Shown here: piece by piece, positions 50,401-64,000 of the stretch
Layout of the letters: each line of letters begins with the position of its first letter
Numbering within the stretch: position 1 is the first letter of the stretch
Source of the DNA: Malacoraja senta
Lineage: Eukaryota
Assembly: GCA_038087875.1 (NCBI GenBank)
Contig: CM075989.1
Location: 6,076,001-6,140,000 of the forward strand
DNA length: 64,000 nt
Direction: 5' to 3'
Notes under the pieces: model-generated
Seen by the model: the letters and a program-made list of their open reading frames with translations, nothing else
Database searches by the model: none
Told to the model about the DNA's origin: nothing
Made by a program: the position numbers and the translations under genes

Positions 50401-50715
50401 AGTGTCTTTTAAATGATGTTATAGTTATCTGCCTCAACTACCTCCTCTGGCAGCTCATTCCTTAAACCCACTACCCTCTGACTGATAAAGTTACCCCTCG
50501 GGTTTCTATTAAACATCGCCCCTCTCATCTTAAACCTATGCATGGATAGGACAGGTTTAGAGGGATATGGGCCAGACGCGAGCAGGTGGGACTAGTGTAG
50601 CTGGGACATGTTGGCCGGTGTGGGCAGGTTGGGTCGAGGGGCCTGTTTCCTTCTGAACCTTCTGAACCTTCTGAATGTTGTAGTCGGCAGGGCAGTACTC
50701 TGCATATCGACAACT

Positions 50716-50938
50716 TGGACAATTTTTACATTTTTATCAAGCCAATTAACCTACAAACCTGTACGTCTTTGGAGTGTGGGAGGAAACCGAAGATCTCGGA
50801 GAAAACCCACACAGATCACGGGGAGATACGTACAAACTCCATACAGACAGCACCCATAGTCGGGATCGAACCAGGGTCTCTGGCGCTGCATTTTGCTGCA
50901 AGGCAGCAACTCTACCGCTGTGCCACCATGACTGCCCT
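50716..50938 (-). mobile_element. V-SINE within a mosaic of CR1 tail pieces (50415-51175)
   Basis: Head and V-domain; flanking CR1 pieces lie in both orientations. Confidence 0.82.
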
Positions 50939-52554
50939 ACAGTGTTTCCACACTGTATCACCATATGGCTCTATGCCTTCTAGTTCTTGATTATCCTATC
51001 CTGGGTGAAATACTCTCTGCATCTACCCAAATCTATTCCCCTCATGATTTTATACACCTCTATAAGATCGCCCCTCAGCCTCCTGCTCTCCAAGAAATAA
51101 AGTCTGACGTTTCCTTATCGCCCAGGCCCTCAAGTCTTGGCAACATCCTCGTAAATCCCTGCACTCATTCCAGCTTAATTCCAGAGTATGCCAATGGAGA
51201 AATGCCATATGGCTGCACTAAACATTAATTGGTACACTTCACTGGTAAACAGACTGTTTGTAGCTTACAATGTGTTTGGGGAAGTGTTTTCCCTTGTGTG
51301 TCCCAGCATTACACAGCCATGGATGCCAGCCCAGGTTCACTCCTGCAGTCAAAATACAGGGAACACATCCAATTAATCCCTTTATAATTGCAAGATCTAC
51401 CATCTAAACTCCTCTTATCAGAACTCTAATTGCACAAAACTATTCCCAGCAACTGCATACCACTTTGGCTGTAATTATTTTCCATTTTCTCTTTTTCCCA
51501 TGTGAAGTGAGCAATTCAAGTCTGTAGGAGTTTCATAGACTTAAGTAGCAAGCCCAGGTTGTAGCTATCCATAATTGCTCTCCTTGCAAAGCTGTGCTGG
51601 CTCCTGGTTTACAAGCTCTCAGTTCAGTTCAGTTTAGTTTATTGTCACATGTACCAAGGTACAGTTAAAACCTTTTTTGTTGCTTGCTATCCAGTCCGCA
51701 GAAAGACAATACATGATTATAATCGAGCCATGTATAGTACACAGATACATGATAAGGGAATAACGTTTACTGCAAGGTAAAGCCAGCAAAGTCTGATCAA
51801 GGATAGTCGAAGGGTCACCAAAGAGGTAGAAAGTAGTTCAGTGCCTATTCACGTTGTCAAGACACACTGCCTGACCTGCTTCGTTACTTCAGCACTTTAT
51901 GTCCTTTTGTGTAAACCAACACTTGCAGTTCCTTGTTTCCACAAGTTCAGTTTGTAAGTTAATTGGCCTCCATAACATTTCCCTCAGTGTATAGGGTGCG
52001 GATGAGAAAGTGGGACAACATAGAACAGGTCATCGATGGGGTCAGTGGGCCAAAGGGCCCAGGTCCAGTCAGTATCTCTAAACTAAACTAAAGAGTGCGC
52101 CCAACAACATACAGGACTCTGCTATTTATTCTGTTTCCCTTTAATTGGGAACCGTGGCAGTCAAAGGTTTCCAGGGAGTTATGAATCTGTGGAATTTTCT
52201 GCCACAGAAGGCAGTGGAGGCCAATTCACTGGATATTTTCAATGGAGAGTTAGATATAGCTCTCAGGGCTAACGGAATCAAGGGATATGGGGAGAAAGCA
52301 GAAACGGGGTACTGATTCTGGATGTCATGGTCGAATTGAATGGCGGTGCTGACTCGAAGGGCCAAATGGCCTAATCCTGCACCTATTTTCTATGTTTTAC
52401 ACCACCTTGGCAGGGTTATCTGTGCAAGAACATGAGCAATTTGTACTGTGAGTGATGAGTCTGCTGCAGTAAACCATCCAGGGTCAGCTGGGTGTGTGCC
52501 CAAGGGGAGGGGAATGTCACAGTGTGATGTATCTGAGCACCTTGTGGCTGCGAA

Positions 52555-53172
52555 GTCTAGGAAAGGCGCTGAATCAAGCCTAAAAAGGGCATCCACCATT
52601 ATCCAAACCTTCCCACAACAGAGCATCACTATTGATCCCACACCACCCTGGCCACCTTCTAATGTCACTCCCACCAGCGTAATGAAGGTACAGGAGTCTG
52701 AAAAACTGTGTAGTCAAGTCAAGTCAACTTTATTTGTCACATCCACATACAAGATATGCAGTGAAATGAAAGTGGCGATGCCTGCGGATTGTGCAAAAAC
52801 TACAGAACAGAATAGAACAGAATCAGTATTTACAGAATAGAAAAAAAACATTTTAATTTAAAAAAGACCCAACACAACAGTAAATTAGTACAGTAGTCCC
52901 TGGTGAGATAAGAGGTTAAAGTCCTGTAAACCCCTGTGACAACCAGCTTCAAGAACAGCTTCTAACCCACAACCGTCAGGGTCTTCAACGCTACACATCA
53001 CTCACCTCAACTGTGAACTGTGGACTGTCTTTGGTTGCACTAAGGACTCCGGGCATTTTAGGGGTTATTAATTTATTGAATTTCTGTTTATTATATATTC
53101 TCTTGTGTCTGCAGGACTGTAATGTTGCTGCAAGTAAGGATTTTGTTGTTCCATTGTACATATGACATTTGA
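52555..53172 (+). mobile_element. Rex1-type 3' fragment interrupted by a minus-strand (TTGAC)n-tailed piece (~52713-52925)
   Basis: LKRASTIIQ...HHPGH...RYRSLK, resuming accagcttcaagaacagcttc. Confidence 0.65.
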
Positions 53173-53174
53173 CT

Positions 53175-53272
53175 GAAGATGGACACAAAATGCTGGAGTA
53201 ACTCAGCGGGTCAGGCAGCATCTCTGGGGAAAAGGAATAGGTGACGTTTCGGGCCAAGACCCTTCTTCAGAC
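53175..53272 (-). mobile_element. Penelope-derived monomer, core at 53243-53270(-)
   Basis: gtgacgtttcgggccaagacccttcttcag. Confidence 0.82.
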
Positions 53273-53387
53273 GGTTGATTTTGAAAGTGATCAGAAGCAA
53301 TAAACTTGCAGCTCTCTAACCCAGGGGGGAGATTTAAGTTGATCTGGGAGTTGGCCTGACACCCTTTACAAGAACCAGAGGGGTGTA

Positions 53388-53830
53388 GACATATGATGAA
53401 AGAATGGATCAACTGGGCTTGTATTCACTGGAATATAGAAGGATGAGAGGGAATCTTATAGAAACAATTCTTAAGGGATTGGACAGGTTAGATGCAGGAA
53501 ATTTTTTTCCAATGTTGCGGGAGTCCAGAACCAGGGGTCACAGTTGAAGAATAAGGGGTACGTCATTTAGGACTGAGATGAGGAAAACTTTTTCGCCCAG
53601 GGAGTTGTGAATCTGTGGAATTCTCTGCCACAGAAGGCGGTGGAGGCCAATTCACTGGATGTTTTCAAGAGAGATTTAGATTTAGCTCTTAGGGCTAACG
53701 GAATCAAGGGATATGGGGAAAAAGCAGGAACGGGGTACTGATTTTGGATGATCAGCCGTGATCATATTGAATGGCCCGAAGGGCCGAATGGCCTACTCCT
53801 GCACCTAATTTCTATGTTTCTATGTTTCTA
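53388..53830 (+). mobile_element. CR1/HER1 3' fragment; shorter copy at 52170-52398
   Basis: YDERMDQLGLYSLE.RRMRGNLIE, then UTR and (CTATGTTT)n. Confidence 0.9.
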
Positions 53831-54359
53831 CGTGGAGACAGCATTGACTGATATCTTCCAGCTTCCCCTCATTCTTTCCAGCACACTGATGTTTATGTCC
53901 TTTGCTGCCAAGTTCGCTGACTAACTAGAGGCCCCAAACTGTGGACCTGTGTGAGAAGAATCAGCCACGGTCTAAACATATTCCTGGGTGTTTATAAAAC
54001 ATTAGGGGATGTTTAATGGTTGGATTAATGCCTGAGCACCTAATATAGTCTTCTCAGTGAGCATAACACAAACACTGTAAATTATAGTCATCTTTAGACA
54101 TTTTTATGGCGAATGATATAAAGTTCATTTATCAGTTTTTGAAAAGCCCCACACCGTTCCCTTGTAACTATAACATTACCAAGCAGATTGTTGATGCAGT
54201 GAAGATCTATGTAAGTAGACATTTATTTAACTTGGTTTATCTGAGAATTTTCTATTTGTTTTAAAATTGGAGTGAAGAAATGGAACAGCTTATTGTTCTG
54301 ATGGGATGACATTGGAAAAACAACACTCAATGTTCACACGAGGGATGCCTGGATACCAA

Positions 54360-55062
54360 GATGGATCTATGTCATGCTTGCCTTGGGAATGTTTAATAGG
54401 ACCAGTGGTGGGGTATATGGAATGAAACTACCAGGAGAGCTGGTTCAGGCAGTATAGGCAGGTAGTTTAACAGGCTCTGGGCAGGTACATGGATAGAGTC
54501 ATACAGCAGTGAAACAGGCCCTTCGGCCCAACTTGCCCACGCTAACCAACATGTCCCATCTACACTAGTCCAACTTGCCTGCGTTTGGCCGATTACTCGC
54601 TAAACCTGTCCTATCCATGTACCTGTCTAATTGTTTCTAAAACACTGTAATGGTCCCTGCCTCAACTACCACACCCACCACCCTTTGCATGAAAATGTTA
54701 CCCCTCAGATCCATGTAAAATCCTTCCCCCTTCACCTTAATCCGATATCCTCAGGTTCTTGATTCCCCTACTCTGGACAAGAGACTCTGTGTATCCACCC
54801 GATCTATTCCTCTATGATTTTGTACACCTCTAGAAATCGCCCCTCATCCTCCTACGCTCGAAGGAATAGTCCCAGCCTGTTCAACCTCTCCCTTTAGCTC
54901 AGGCCCTCAAGTCCTGGCAACATCCTCATAAAGTGAAAAGGTTTCGAGGGTTATGGTCCAAATCCATGCAAATGGGACTTGCTTAGATGAGGCATCTTGG
55001 TCGACATGGGCAAAATTGGGCAAAATCTCCTGTTTCTACGTTGTATGACATTATGATTCTAC
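54360..55062. mobile_element. Old plus-strand CR1 end with nested minus-strand CR1 end (~54495-54931)
   Basis: ggtacatggatag | agtcatac...cctcataaa | gaaaaggtttcgagggttatgg. Confidence 0.8.
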
Positions 55063-55244
55063 GCCGGTATTGAGAGTTTAACTAAAATAGCCAAAGTACT
55101 GGAGTAACGCAACAGGTCAGAGAGCATCTCTGGAAGACATGGATGGATGACATTTCAGGCTTCATACGGCAAATAATTAGAGCAATACAGACCTGTTTCT
55201 AGGTTCATACAGTATATATTTGTAGAAGTATTTGATAGTAGTGT

Positions 55245-55916
55245 GGCAGCACCGTGGCACTGTTGCAAGGGCTGCGGCCTCACAGATTCAGAGACCCAGG
55301 TTCAATCGCAACCACCCTGTGACTGTGTGGCTTTCCTCTGCATGCTCCTGTTTTCTCCCACACCCCAAAGACGTGTGGGTTTGTAGGTTAATTAGCCCTC
55401 TGTAAATTGCCCCTAGTGTGGAGTGGATGAGAAAGTGGGATAACATAGATCTAGTGTAAACCGGCACCGCCATTCAATATGATCACGGCTGATCATCCAA
55501 AATCAGTACCCCGTTTGTGCTTTTTCCCCATATCCCTTGATTCCGTTAGCCCTAAGAGCTAAATCTAACTCTCTCTTGAAAACATCCAGTGAATTGTCCT
55601 CCACTGCCTTCTGTGGCAGGGAATTCCACAGATTCACAACTCCCTGGGTGAAAAAGTGTTCCTCATCTCAGTCCTAAATGACCTACCCCCTTATTCTTAA
55701 ACTGTAACCCCTGGTTCTGGAATCCCACAACATCGGGACCATTTTTCCTGCATCTAGCCTGTCCAATCTCTTAAGAATTTTATATGTGTAACTCTGAACC
55801 TGTGGCGACTAGGTCTGGTAAGGCGACCGATCTCATGGTCGGTGTGGACCCGGGTGGTCAATGGGCCGAAGTGCCTGTTTCCATGCTCTATCTCCAAATT
55901 AGCCAAACTAAACCAA
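55245..55916 (+). mobile_element. V-SINE with nested minus-strand CR1 piece (~55461-55787)
   Basis: SINE head and V-domain, then the CR1 UTR complement, then the SINE tail resumes. Confidence 0.8.
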
Positions 55917-56350
55917 AAAGTAGAGGGAATTTAAATCTCCATTTATATATTTTATGTGACCAAAGTCTAAGTATAACTTTTGAGGCCTAAAATCACAGAT
56001 GTTCCTTCAGCGTAAACTATGAGTCCACTTCATGACTGGTAATAAACTCATAGAAGAAGGGGTATGATCAGTCCAATTGTGCTTGGGCTAAGTTCTCATT
56101 TCAAGCCAGACAATTAATCAGACTCCCCACTTTTTCCCCACAATTATATTATCTCAACAACCATTATTTGCTCTGGTGACAATGACATCAACAACAATTT
56201 CTCACCTGTGAGGCATGACCAGGAGAATTGAAGAGACAATGGCTCATATTTCTTATATTTGTTTGTTTTTTTTGTTTAAATAATGTCTTCAATATGTGGT
56301 ATGTCAAAGGGAGCATCAAATTATATTCAAGATTGATATCGGATGTCCTA

Positions 56351-56749
56351 CAGGTTTTTGGTCCACCGCCGATTTTCCAGTAACTGGTGGTCATGCACCT
56401 CCTTTGATCCGGACAAAATTATGAGAGTGCACTCGAAATCCCCCTCGGAAATGCCCCAGTAAATGTGGTGACGAGGCCAGGTAAGGCGACCGATCTCAAC
56501 CTCATCGGGACTTCCGCGCCAATTGGCGGGTTGAATTTGCCCCCTGCGGCCGGGGCTCTGGAATTCCAGCCCGGCCGGAGCCGGCAGATCCGTTCCCATA
56601 GCCGGTATCTCAGCCCCTCTGCGGCCTAGGCGGACCATTCCAGTACCGTTGGACTCCTCTCAGTGCTCGCGACCTCCGTTGGTCTGGCAAAACGGATAAC
56701 CCAGAAAGCCTCTGGAACTAAGGGTACCGTAAAATCAGTGGTGAACCTG
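56351..56749. mobile_element. Tc1/mariner (Tigger-like) non-autonomous element
   Basis: TA at both ends (56349-56350, 56750-56751). Imperfect TIR CAGGT..CCACCGCCGATTTTCC versus CAGGTTCACCACTGATTTTACG. Confidence 0.65.
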
Positions 56750-57152
56750 TACTTGAGCTAAAGCTTCTCCAAAAAGGCAGATTCTACGGTTTTGAAAGGT
56801 GAGAAGGTGGAGAGTTTGAGTGAGGAGCTTTGGGACCCTCCCATTGACAGAGATGATGTGATTAAAATTGGACCCGTGCAAGAGACAGAATGGGAAGAGT
56901 GCAAAAGTGAAGGAAGATAGCGGGAAAAGGAGAGGTGGTCTTAAAAAGATTTGGAAATTAAGTTAAGAATTGATCAGCCAAGAGCTAATGCAGGTCAATG
57001 AGGGTTAACAGAATCTGATGCAAGTTAGACATGGGCAGAATGTTGCATAGCTCTAATCTACGGAAGGCAGAAATGTATTGGAACAAGTATGTCTAGAGTC
57101 ACAAATGAGGACTTCAGTAGCTGAAGAAATGAAGCAGGTTATTAGTCAACTC

Positions 57153-57582
57153 ATGTAAGAAGGAACTGCAGATGCTGGTTTACACCAAAGATAGTCACAA
57201 AATGTTGGAGTAACTCAACGGGTCAGGTAGCATCTCTGGAGAAAAGGAATATGTGATGTTTCAGGTCGATAGTTGTCAATTTAATTTAATTTAGTTTGAG
57301 AAACAGAGTGGAAACAGGTCCTTCAGCCCACTGAGTCCACACCGACCCTGTACACTAGCACTATCCTACTCATTAGGGACAATTTATAATTTACAGAAGC
57401 CAATTAACCTGCAAACCTGCACGTCTTTGGAATGTGAGAGGAAACCAGAACATCCGGAGAAAACCCAATCAGTTGCAGGGCTAAAGTATAAACTCTGTAC
57501 AGACAGCACCATAGTCAGGATCGAACCTATGTCTTTAACACTGTAGGGTAGCAACTATACCTCTGCGCCACTGTGCCGCCCA
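57153..57582 (-). mobile_element. Penelope-derived unit (57153-57270) followed by a full V-SINE (57280-57582)
   Basis: tgtaagaaggaactgcagatgctgg...; SINE head complement ccactgtgccgccc. Confidence 0.85.
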
Positions 57583-57660
57583 CTGATGTGCTCTTTGAAG
57601 TTAGATAGAGTTGATATCATGGAAATTTAGGCTCAGGATCAAAAATGGAACTAACTTTTC

Positions 57661-57865
57661 TTTTTTTTTTTTTTTGAAAATATTTTTTATTGGAGATAAG
57701 TACATAACCTATTAACATCATTACAGTCTTACATTTTTAAATTGATAATATTATCAATTATTATTACATTGTCTCCAATACCTTTTGCCTTTTTTTTTAT
57801 TTTAAACTAGATAGAACTAAAAAGATAGATGAAGTAAAGAAAGAAAAGAGAGAGAAGAAAAAGAG

Positions 57866-57899
<34 letters not shown>

Positions 57900-58289
57900 A
57901 TAGTTAAAGAAGAGTGGAAAAATTTATTAAAATAAAAAACTTCATTCGAGATATATTCGTACATTTCAGAATATAGCATTTCATCAATTTTTTAGCCCGA
58001 GCATTAGTCAGGTTCCCGTGCTGAACCATTCTGACCCTTTAAATAATCAATAAAGGGAGACCATATTCCAACGAATAATTCCTGTTTGTCCAACAGGGAA
58101 AATCTGATTCTTTCCACGTTTAAGGTCTCCGTCATTTCTATAATCCACATTTTGATTGTGGGGGCCGTAGGGCCTTTCCAAAATTTTAGAATTAAATTTT
58201 TTTCCTGTTATTATACTATAATCAATAAAGTTTCTTTGTGTTGTTGTAAATGTTTGATTTAATTCTGATGTTCCGAGTATTATAAATTT
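57661..58289 (-). mobile_element. L1 LINE 3' fragment with poly(A)
   Basis: Minus strand LILKFWKGPTAPTIKMWIIEMTETLNVERIRFSL...IWSPFIDYL, a fish-type L1 ORF2 end. Poly(T) at 57661. 15-bp TSD tggaactaacttttc at 57646-57660 and 58290-58304. Confidence 0.88.
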
Positions 58290-59554
58290 TGGAACTAACT
58301 TTTCAAATAATTTTCAGCCATAGTTTTACTGTCAAAGAAGATGGGGAATATTATTAATTTTGTCTCCAGCTTAATCCAATCATTGTTGTTTCATTTGGCG
58401 AGCTTCCCAAATCTTCCTGTTGTGTAGGGCACAGACAATACAGGGCCAAAATGGAGAACATATGCTCGACTTCTTTTAAAGAGCAGAATAGGTATGTGGC
58501 AGACACTCAGGAAGCAAAGCTTGGAAGGCTCAAAGATCTATGGACAGAGTGAAGATATTGACCTCTTGTGCGGTTTCCTCACAGCCTGTGCTGTCCAAGG
58601 ATCCCCAACCATTTTTAGTTCCATCTTCCTCTGATGTACCCCATCTGCCTTACATACCAGAGTATGCAAACTTCCTCTCCCTGTGGCTGTGATTCCTCAA
58701 GATCCACCACAAGTGTCGTAGAGTCCCAAAAGAGCACATAAAACAGTCTGAGCAAGGGTCTCGACCCGAAACCTCACCCATTCCTTCTCTCCAGTGACGC
58801 TGCCTGTCCCGCTGCATAACTCCAGCATTTTGATGACTTTTAGTGCCAGCAAAGTCTGATGAAGAATTGTCCGATGGTCACCAGTTAGGTGAATAGTAGT
58901 TCAGCACTGCTCTCCGGTTGTGGTGGGATGGTTCTGTTGCCTGATAGCAGCTGGGACGAAACCGTCCCTGAATCTGGAGGTGTGCATTTTCACACTTCTG
59001 TACCTTTTGCCTGATGGGAGAGGGGAGAAGAGGGAGTGGACAGGGTGAGACTCGTCCTTGATTATGCTGCTGGCTTTGCCCAGTCAGCGTGAGTCACCAA
59101 TCCCCTCCTGCTAGATTTTATACAACTTGTTTTTTAAATTGGTAAACGCGGACAAAAAGATTGGCATGGACATGGTGGGCTGAAGGGCCTGTTCTGACCT
59201 ACACAGCTCTGTGGTTCTATGAGCTTGATGCTAGTTATTGATGGAATAACTACCTTTGAGAAATCTAAATGCTGACAGCCCTGAGTGAAAATAATCCTCA
59301 CGATTCTCCTCGACATCTTTTATTAATTTTTTTTTAACCTTGACTCGCAATGATTGATCCACTTGCCAGAGGGGACAGATTCCCTCCCTCTGCACCATAT
59401 AAACCTCTCATCATCTCGATGTCATCTGCCAGGTCACAGCTTGACCTTCACTGAGTACAATCAATCAGAAATACACCCGTTTCCAAGGCAGTTAGATAAC
59501 GGGAGAGATCCACCAAGCTGCATCCCCTTCGATCTCTCGTTTTCACACCTTACC

Positions 59555-59754
59555 NNNNNNNNNNNNNNNNNNNNNNNNNNNNNNNNNNNNNNNNNNNNNN
59601 NNNNNNNNNNNNNNNNNNNNNNNNNNNNNNNNNNNNNNNNNNNNNNNNNNNNNNNNNNNNNNNNNNNNNNNNNNNNNNNNNNNNNNNNNNNNNNNNNNNN
59701 NNNNNNNNNNNNNNNNNNNNNNNNNNNNNNNNNNNNNNNNNNNNNNNNNNNNNN
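59555..59754. other. Assembly gap (200 N)
   Basis: Run of N. Confidence 1.
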
Positions 59755-59940
59755 TAGCAGGGGATCGATGTGAAAATTAAGAGACATTGGAATTGTGGAG
59801 CAATAAGAAGGGGATGCATTTAGCAGAGATCTGGAAAAAGCTGATACACAAACTGGCTGAAAACCTCGATACAAGCTATGAAAATGAAACAGAAAATGCC
59901 GGAGCTGTCCCGCTGAGTTACTCCAGCATTTTGTCTATCT

Positions 59941-60815
59941 AAGGCATATGATATGCTCGCCTTCAGTGATCAGGGCATTGAATATAAGGATCGGGAATTC
60001 TTTATAAGAATTTGTTGAGGCTGTGTTTGGAGTATTGGGTGTAGTTCCCCATACAGGAAGGATGCGGAGGCTTTGGGCTGGGTGCGGAAGAGGTTTACCA
60101 GAATGCTGCCCGGATTAGATGGCATGAACTGTAAAGAGAAGTTGGACAAACTTGGATTGGTTTTTACGGAGTGTCAGAGGTTGAGGGGAGACCTGGTAGA
60201 AATTTGTAACATTATGAGAGGCACAGATAGGGTAGAAAAGTCCGTACCATTTCCCCAGGATGGAGGAAATGTTGAAGACTAGAATGCATAGCTTGAAAGT
60301 GAGAGGAGCAAAGTTTAAAGGAAGATAGACACAACATGCTAGAGTAACTCAGCGGGACAGGCAGCATCTGTGGAGAGAAGGAATGGGCCGAGACCCTTCT
60401 TCAGACTGGAGATGTTTCAAGGAGATGTGTGGGGCATGTTTTCTACACAGAGAGTGGTGGGTGCCTGGAATGCACTGCCAGGGGTGATGGTGGAGGCAGA
60501 TACGATAGTGGCCTTTAAGGGGCTATTCGATAGGCACATGGATATGCAGTGAATGGAAGGGATATGGATCACATGCAGACAGAGATCAGTTTAACTTGGC
60601 AGTCTGAAGAAGGGTTTCGGCCCGAAACGTTGCCTATTTCCTTCGCTCCATAGATGCTGCCTCACCCGCTGAGTTTCTCCAGCACTTTTGTCTACCTTCG
60701 ATTTTCCAGCATCTGCAGTTCCTTCTTAAACAGTTTAACTTGGCATCCTGTTTGGCATGGACATTGTGGGCCGAAGGGCCTGTTCCTGTGCTGTACTGTC
60801 GGATGTTCTATGACT
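59941..60815 (+). mobile_element. Decayed CR1 3' fragment with two nested PLE units (60322-60408 minus; 60602-60730 plus)
   Basis: VRKRFTRMLPGL...RLRGDLVE; TQRVVGAWNALP. Confidence 0.88.
60602..60730 (+). mobile_element. Complete 129-bp Penelope-derived hammerhead monomer, core at 60604-60631
   Basis: 15-bp TSD cagtttaacttggca at 60587-60601 and 60731-60745. Confidence 0.92.
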
Positions 60816-61419
60816 CACCAGTATATACATTGGTGTCCACCGGCCCACGGTGGGTGCCGGAGATCGGTCGAGGACTCGCTGCCGAAAAAACGAACAGGGA
60901 CCTGGCGTGAAGGGGCCACCGAGACCAAAGAAGGAGGACCACTGGGACAACATTGAACACTTTGTATCTTAGACAGCACCCTATACTCTTTGCATTCTTT
61001 GTATATGGTACAGAAGACAAATAATTTCACTGTGATGTCACATGATAATGAAGCATCATCCATTCATGTGTTAAAGAAGGAACTGCAGATGCTGGAAAAT
61101 CGAAGGTACACAAAAATGCTGGAGAAACTCAGCGGGTGCAGCAGCCATTATGTGTCACAAACAGCACTGCTGGTATAATTTGAATAACAAATATTGCAAA
61201 GACACTGGGATTAAGTCGCCTGATCCACTTTTGATATTATGCCAAGGAGTTCAATGAGACGTTTACTCTTTCTCTTTCCACAGTTGCTGACTGACCTGCT
61301 GAGCGTTTCCACCAGCATCCGCTTTTATTTCAGGTTTCTGGCATCTGCCAGTTTTAGATTTTCAGTCTTTCAGGTGTGAGCTGAGAGGTGAATGGTGGTG
61401 AGGACTCTGCAAAGACTCT

Positions 61420-62326
61420 GAGAGAATGGAGCGGCTGGGCTTGTACACTCTGGAGTTGAGAAGGATGAGAGGGCATCTTATTGAAACACATAAGATTGTT
61501 AAGGGTTTGGACACGCTAGAGGCAGGAAACATGTTCCCGATGTTGGGGGAGTCCAGAACCAGGGGCCACAGTTTAAGAATAAGGAGTAAGCCATTTAGAA
61601 CAGAGACGAGGAAACACTTTTTTTCACAGAGAGTTGTGAGGCTGTGGAATTCTCTGCCTCAGAGGGCGGTGGAGGCCGGTTCTCTGGATACTTTCAAGAG
61701 AGACCTAGATAGGGCTCTTAAAGATAGCGGAGTCAGGGGATATGGGGGGAGAAGGCAGGAATGGGGTACTGATTGGGGATGATCAGCCATGATCACATTG
61801 AATGGCGGTGCTGGCCCGAAGGGCCGAATGGCCTACTGCACCTTTTGTCTATTGTCTATTGTCTATAAGAATTCCTCAAATGTTGCAGAAGGTTCAGCAC
61901 TTTTGGCTTATACTCGCTAGAATTTAGGAGATTGAGAGGGGATCTTATAGAAACGTACAAAATTCTTATGGGGTTGGACAGGCTAGATGCAGGAAGATTG
62001 TTCCCGATGTTGGGGAAGTCCAGGACAAGGGGTCACAGCTTAAGGATAAGGGGGAAATCCTTTAAGACCGAGATGAGGAAAAACTTTTTCACACAGAGAG
62101 TGGTGAATCTCTGGAACTCTCTGCCACAGAGGGTAGTTGAGGCCAGTTCATAAGAGGGAGTTAGATGTGGCCCTTGTGGCTAAAGGGATCAGGGGGTATG
62201 GAGAGAAGGCAGGTACGGGATACTGAGTTGGATGATCAGCCATGATCATATTGAATGGCGGTGCAGGCTCGAAGGGCCGAATGGCCTACTCCACACCTAT
62301 TTTCTATGTATCTATGTATCTATGTA
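61420..62326 (+). mobile_element. Two tandem CR1/HER1 3' fragments (61420-61866; 61904-62326)
   Basis: ORFs 61426..61782 and 61932..62153. Tails (CTATTGT)n and (CTATGTAT)n. Confidence 0.92.
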
Positions 62327-63029
62327 ACATCCATCCAAGTGGGCAGAAGTGCTCTCGATCCAATGCCAGCCAAGAATCTGCCCGTATGTTTTGTGAATCA
62401 GTGCAGTAAGTGCTACTACGGAGCATTGGTTAAAATGCCATCGGGGCAAGTGGGGGGGGGGGGTGGGGGTCATAGACTTGGTGTTTGGATGGCATCACTC
62501 CGTAATTGATGGATAGGTTGGTGGACTCGACCCAAAGCATCACCCGATCCTTCTCCCCAGAGATGCTGCCCGTCCCGCTGAGTTACTCCAGCATTTTGTG
62601 TCTCTCCCCCAAATAACTCGTTCCTGTGGCTCGTTGCCACCGGAATGATGTCTTCTCCTGCCTCCCACCCGTGTCAGACTCTTGCTGGGGCCAGAATCAT
62701 CCCCGCGCTCCAGACGCTCTGCCATCTAAATGCACACAGTGCAACCCATCTCCTGGCAAGTGCGCCCGCTGTAATGAGGTGCAGCGATATGAAAGCACAA
62801 CCTCGGGTGAAAACTGCTTCACCTTCTGCATCCTGATGAAGAATTTATATGGAGGACGTGACCTTGTTCCACACAGAAACCTTGATCTCAGAACTCGTCC
62901 CCTGTGCCGGCTTTTTAACTCTCGTTTCAGCTTGATTTTCAAAGTTGGTTTCGTTATCCGAGGCATGGTGTGCGGACTGGGTATTCTCACAAAGACCACC
63001 ATAAAGCTGCCGCAGCAAACTACCACTGT

Positions 63030-63555
63030 TTGTTCACATATGTGTACATATACACACTCACACTCACTCACAGGCACTGGTGCACACGTACACTGGCATG
63101 GGCACGCATGCACACACCAAGACACACACGCAGATACCTACAGGGGCAAACACACACATAGGCAGGCAGACATGCATAAACACACACATACACATGCACG
63201 CATGCACACAGCCACAAAAACGGTACCTATAGAGGCAAACACACACACACAGGCAGAAAGACAGACATAAATACACATACACACACTCTCCCACACATAT
63301 ACATTCACACACACATAGATAGGCAAACGCACACAAAGGCAGACACAAAATGCTGGAGTGTGTGCTTCTTCAGACTGAAGGGTCGCGACCCAAAACGGCA
63401 CCCACTCCTCTCCAGAGATGCTGCCTGTCCCGCTGAGTTACTCCAGCATTTTGTCTCTACCTTCGATTTAAACCAGCATCTGCGGTTCTTTCCCACACAC
63501 AGGCAGACAGACAGACAGATACAAACACACTGATGCACACACTCTCACACACCTG
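63030..63555. repeat. Degenerate (CA)n tract containing a fold-back PLE unit (~63341-63493)
   Basis: CA-rich simple sequence; gacacaaaatgctggagt...cttcttcagactgaaggg...ccagcatctgcggttc. Confidence 0.8.
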
Positions 63556-64000
63556 CTTACTGCCCGTTTACTGCACAACCGCCAACGGCCGGGCTATCCC
63601 GTGCAGGTGACGCTCGCATGGGCACTGGTTGCAAAAGGGTTGTTTCGATTTTTACGTGGGCAAGTTTGGTGAGATGATCCATGTCCAAGTTGTCGAGCTG
63701 TGACTTGAAGAGTGACAAGGTTGGCTCACACCTGGTGGTGTCAGGAAGGGTGTTCCACTGGCATAGTCCATGGATATAATGACTGTAGATAGCTATTTAT
63801 GTTTGCTCTAATTCTAGTATAAATAAAGTGGCCTGAGGACTGTCTTGTAGATTGCTGGGTAATGCATTGAATGAGGTGAGATTTGTTACTGGGGATGATG
63901 CCACGAGTCTCCTTGTAGACAGTACATAAGCGGGCTTTGGTGCGTCTTATGCACACACACACACACAGACAGAGATACATACATAGGAAGATAGACACAA

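Noticed and set aside
59354..59874. ORFs spanning X runs
   Set aside because: Artefacts of the 200-N assembly gap.
62626..63270. 214-aa ORF with Cys pairs (CTQC, CARC)
   Set aside because: Non-ATG start, runs into a CA repeat, and Cys spacing matches no zinc finger I recognise.

Overview
Eukaryotic, repeat-saturated, apparently non-genic DNA (large intron or intergenic region). It is most likely from an elasmobranch such as a skate or ray; this is inferred from HE1-type V-SINEs paired with HER1/CR1-type LINE tails. I recognise no host exon or intact gene: every interpretable ORF is a retroelement fragment (CR1, Rex1/Babar, L1, Tx1, Penelope-like GIY-YIG). The window holds about 35 V-SINE copies or fragments, about 25 CR1 pieces, six PIF/Harbinger MITEs, one hAT and one Tc1/mariner-type non-autonomous element, Deu-SINE-like relics, long (TG)n tracts and a 200-N gap. 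Copy counts are by eye, and repeat boundaries are approximate unless a TSD is given. The most notable signal is about 35 copies or fragments of a ~130-nt Penelope-derived unit. Its 5' end is a minimal, probably dimer-dependent hammerhead ribozyme core (CUGAAGA-A-GGGU-YUCG-RCCC-GAAACGUY). It occurs as monomers, fold-back palindromes and one tandem dimer, often with 9-18 bp TSDs. A local 1.1-kb duplication gives a filled/empty site pair showing that the unit inserted on its own.
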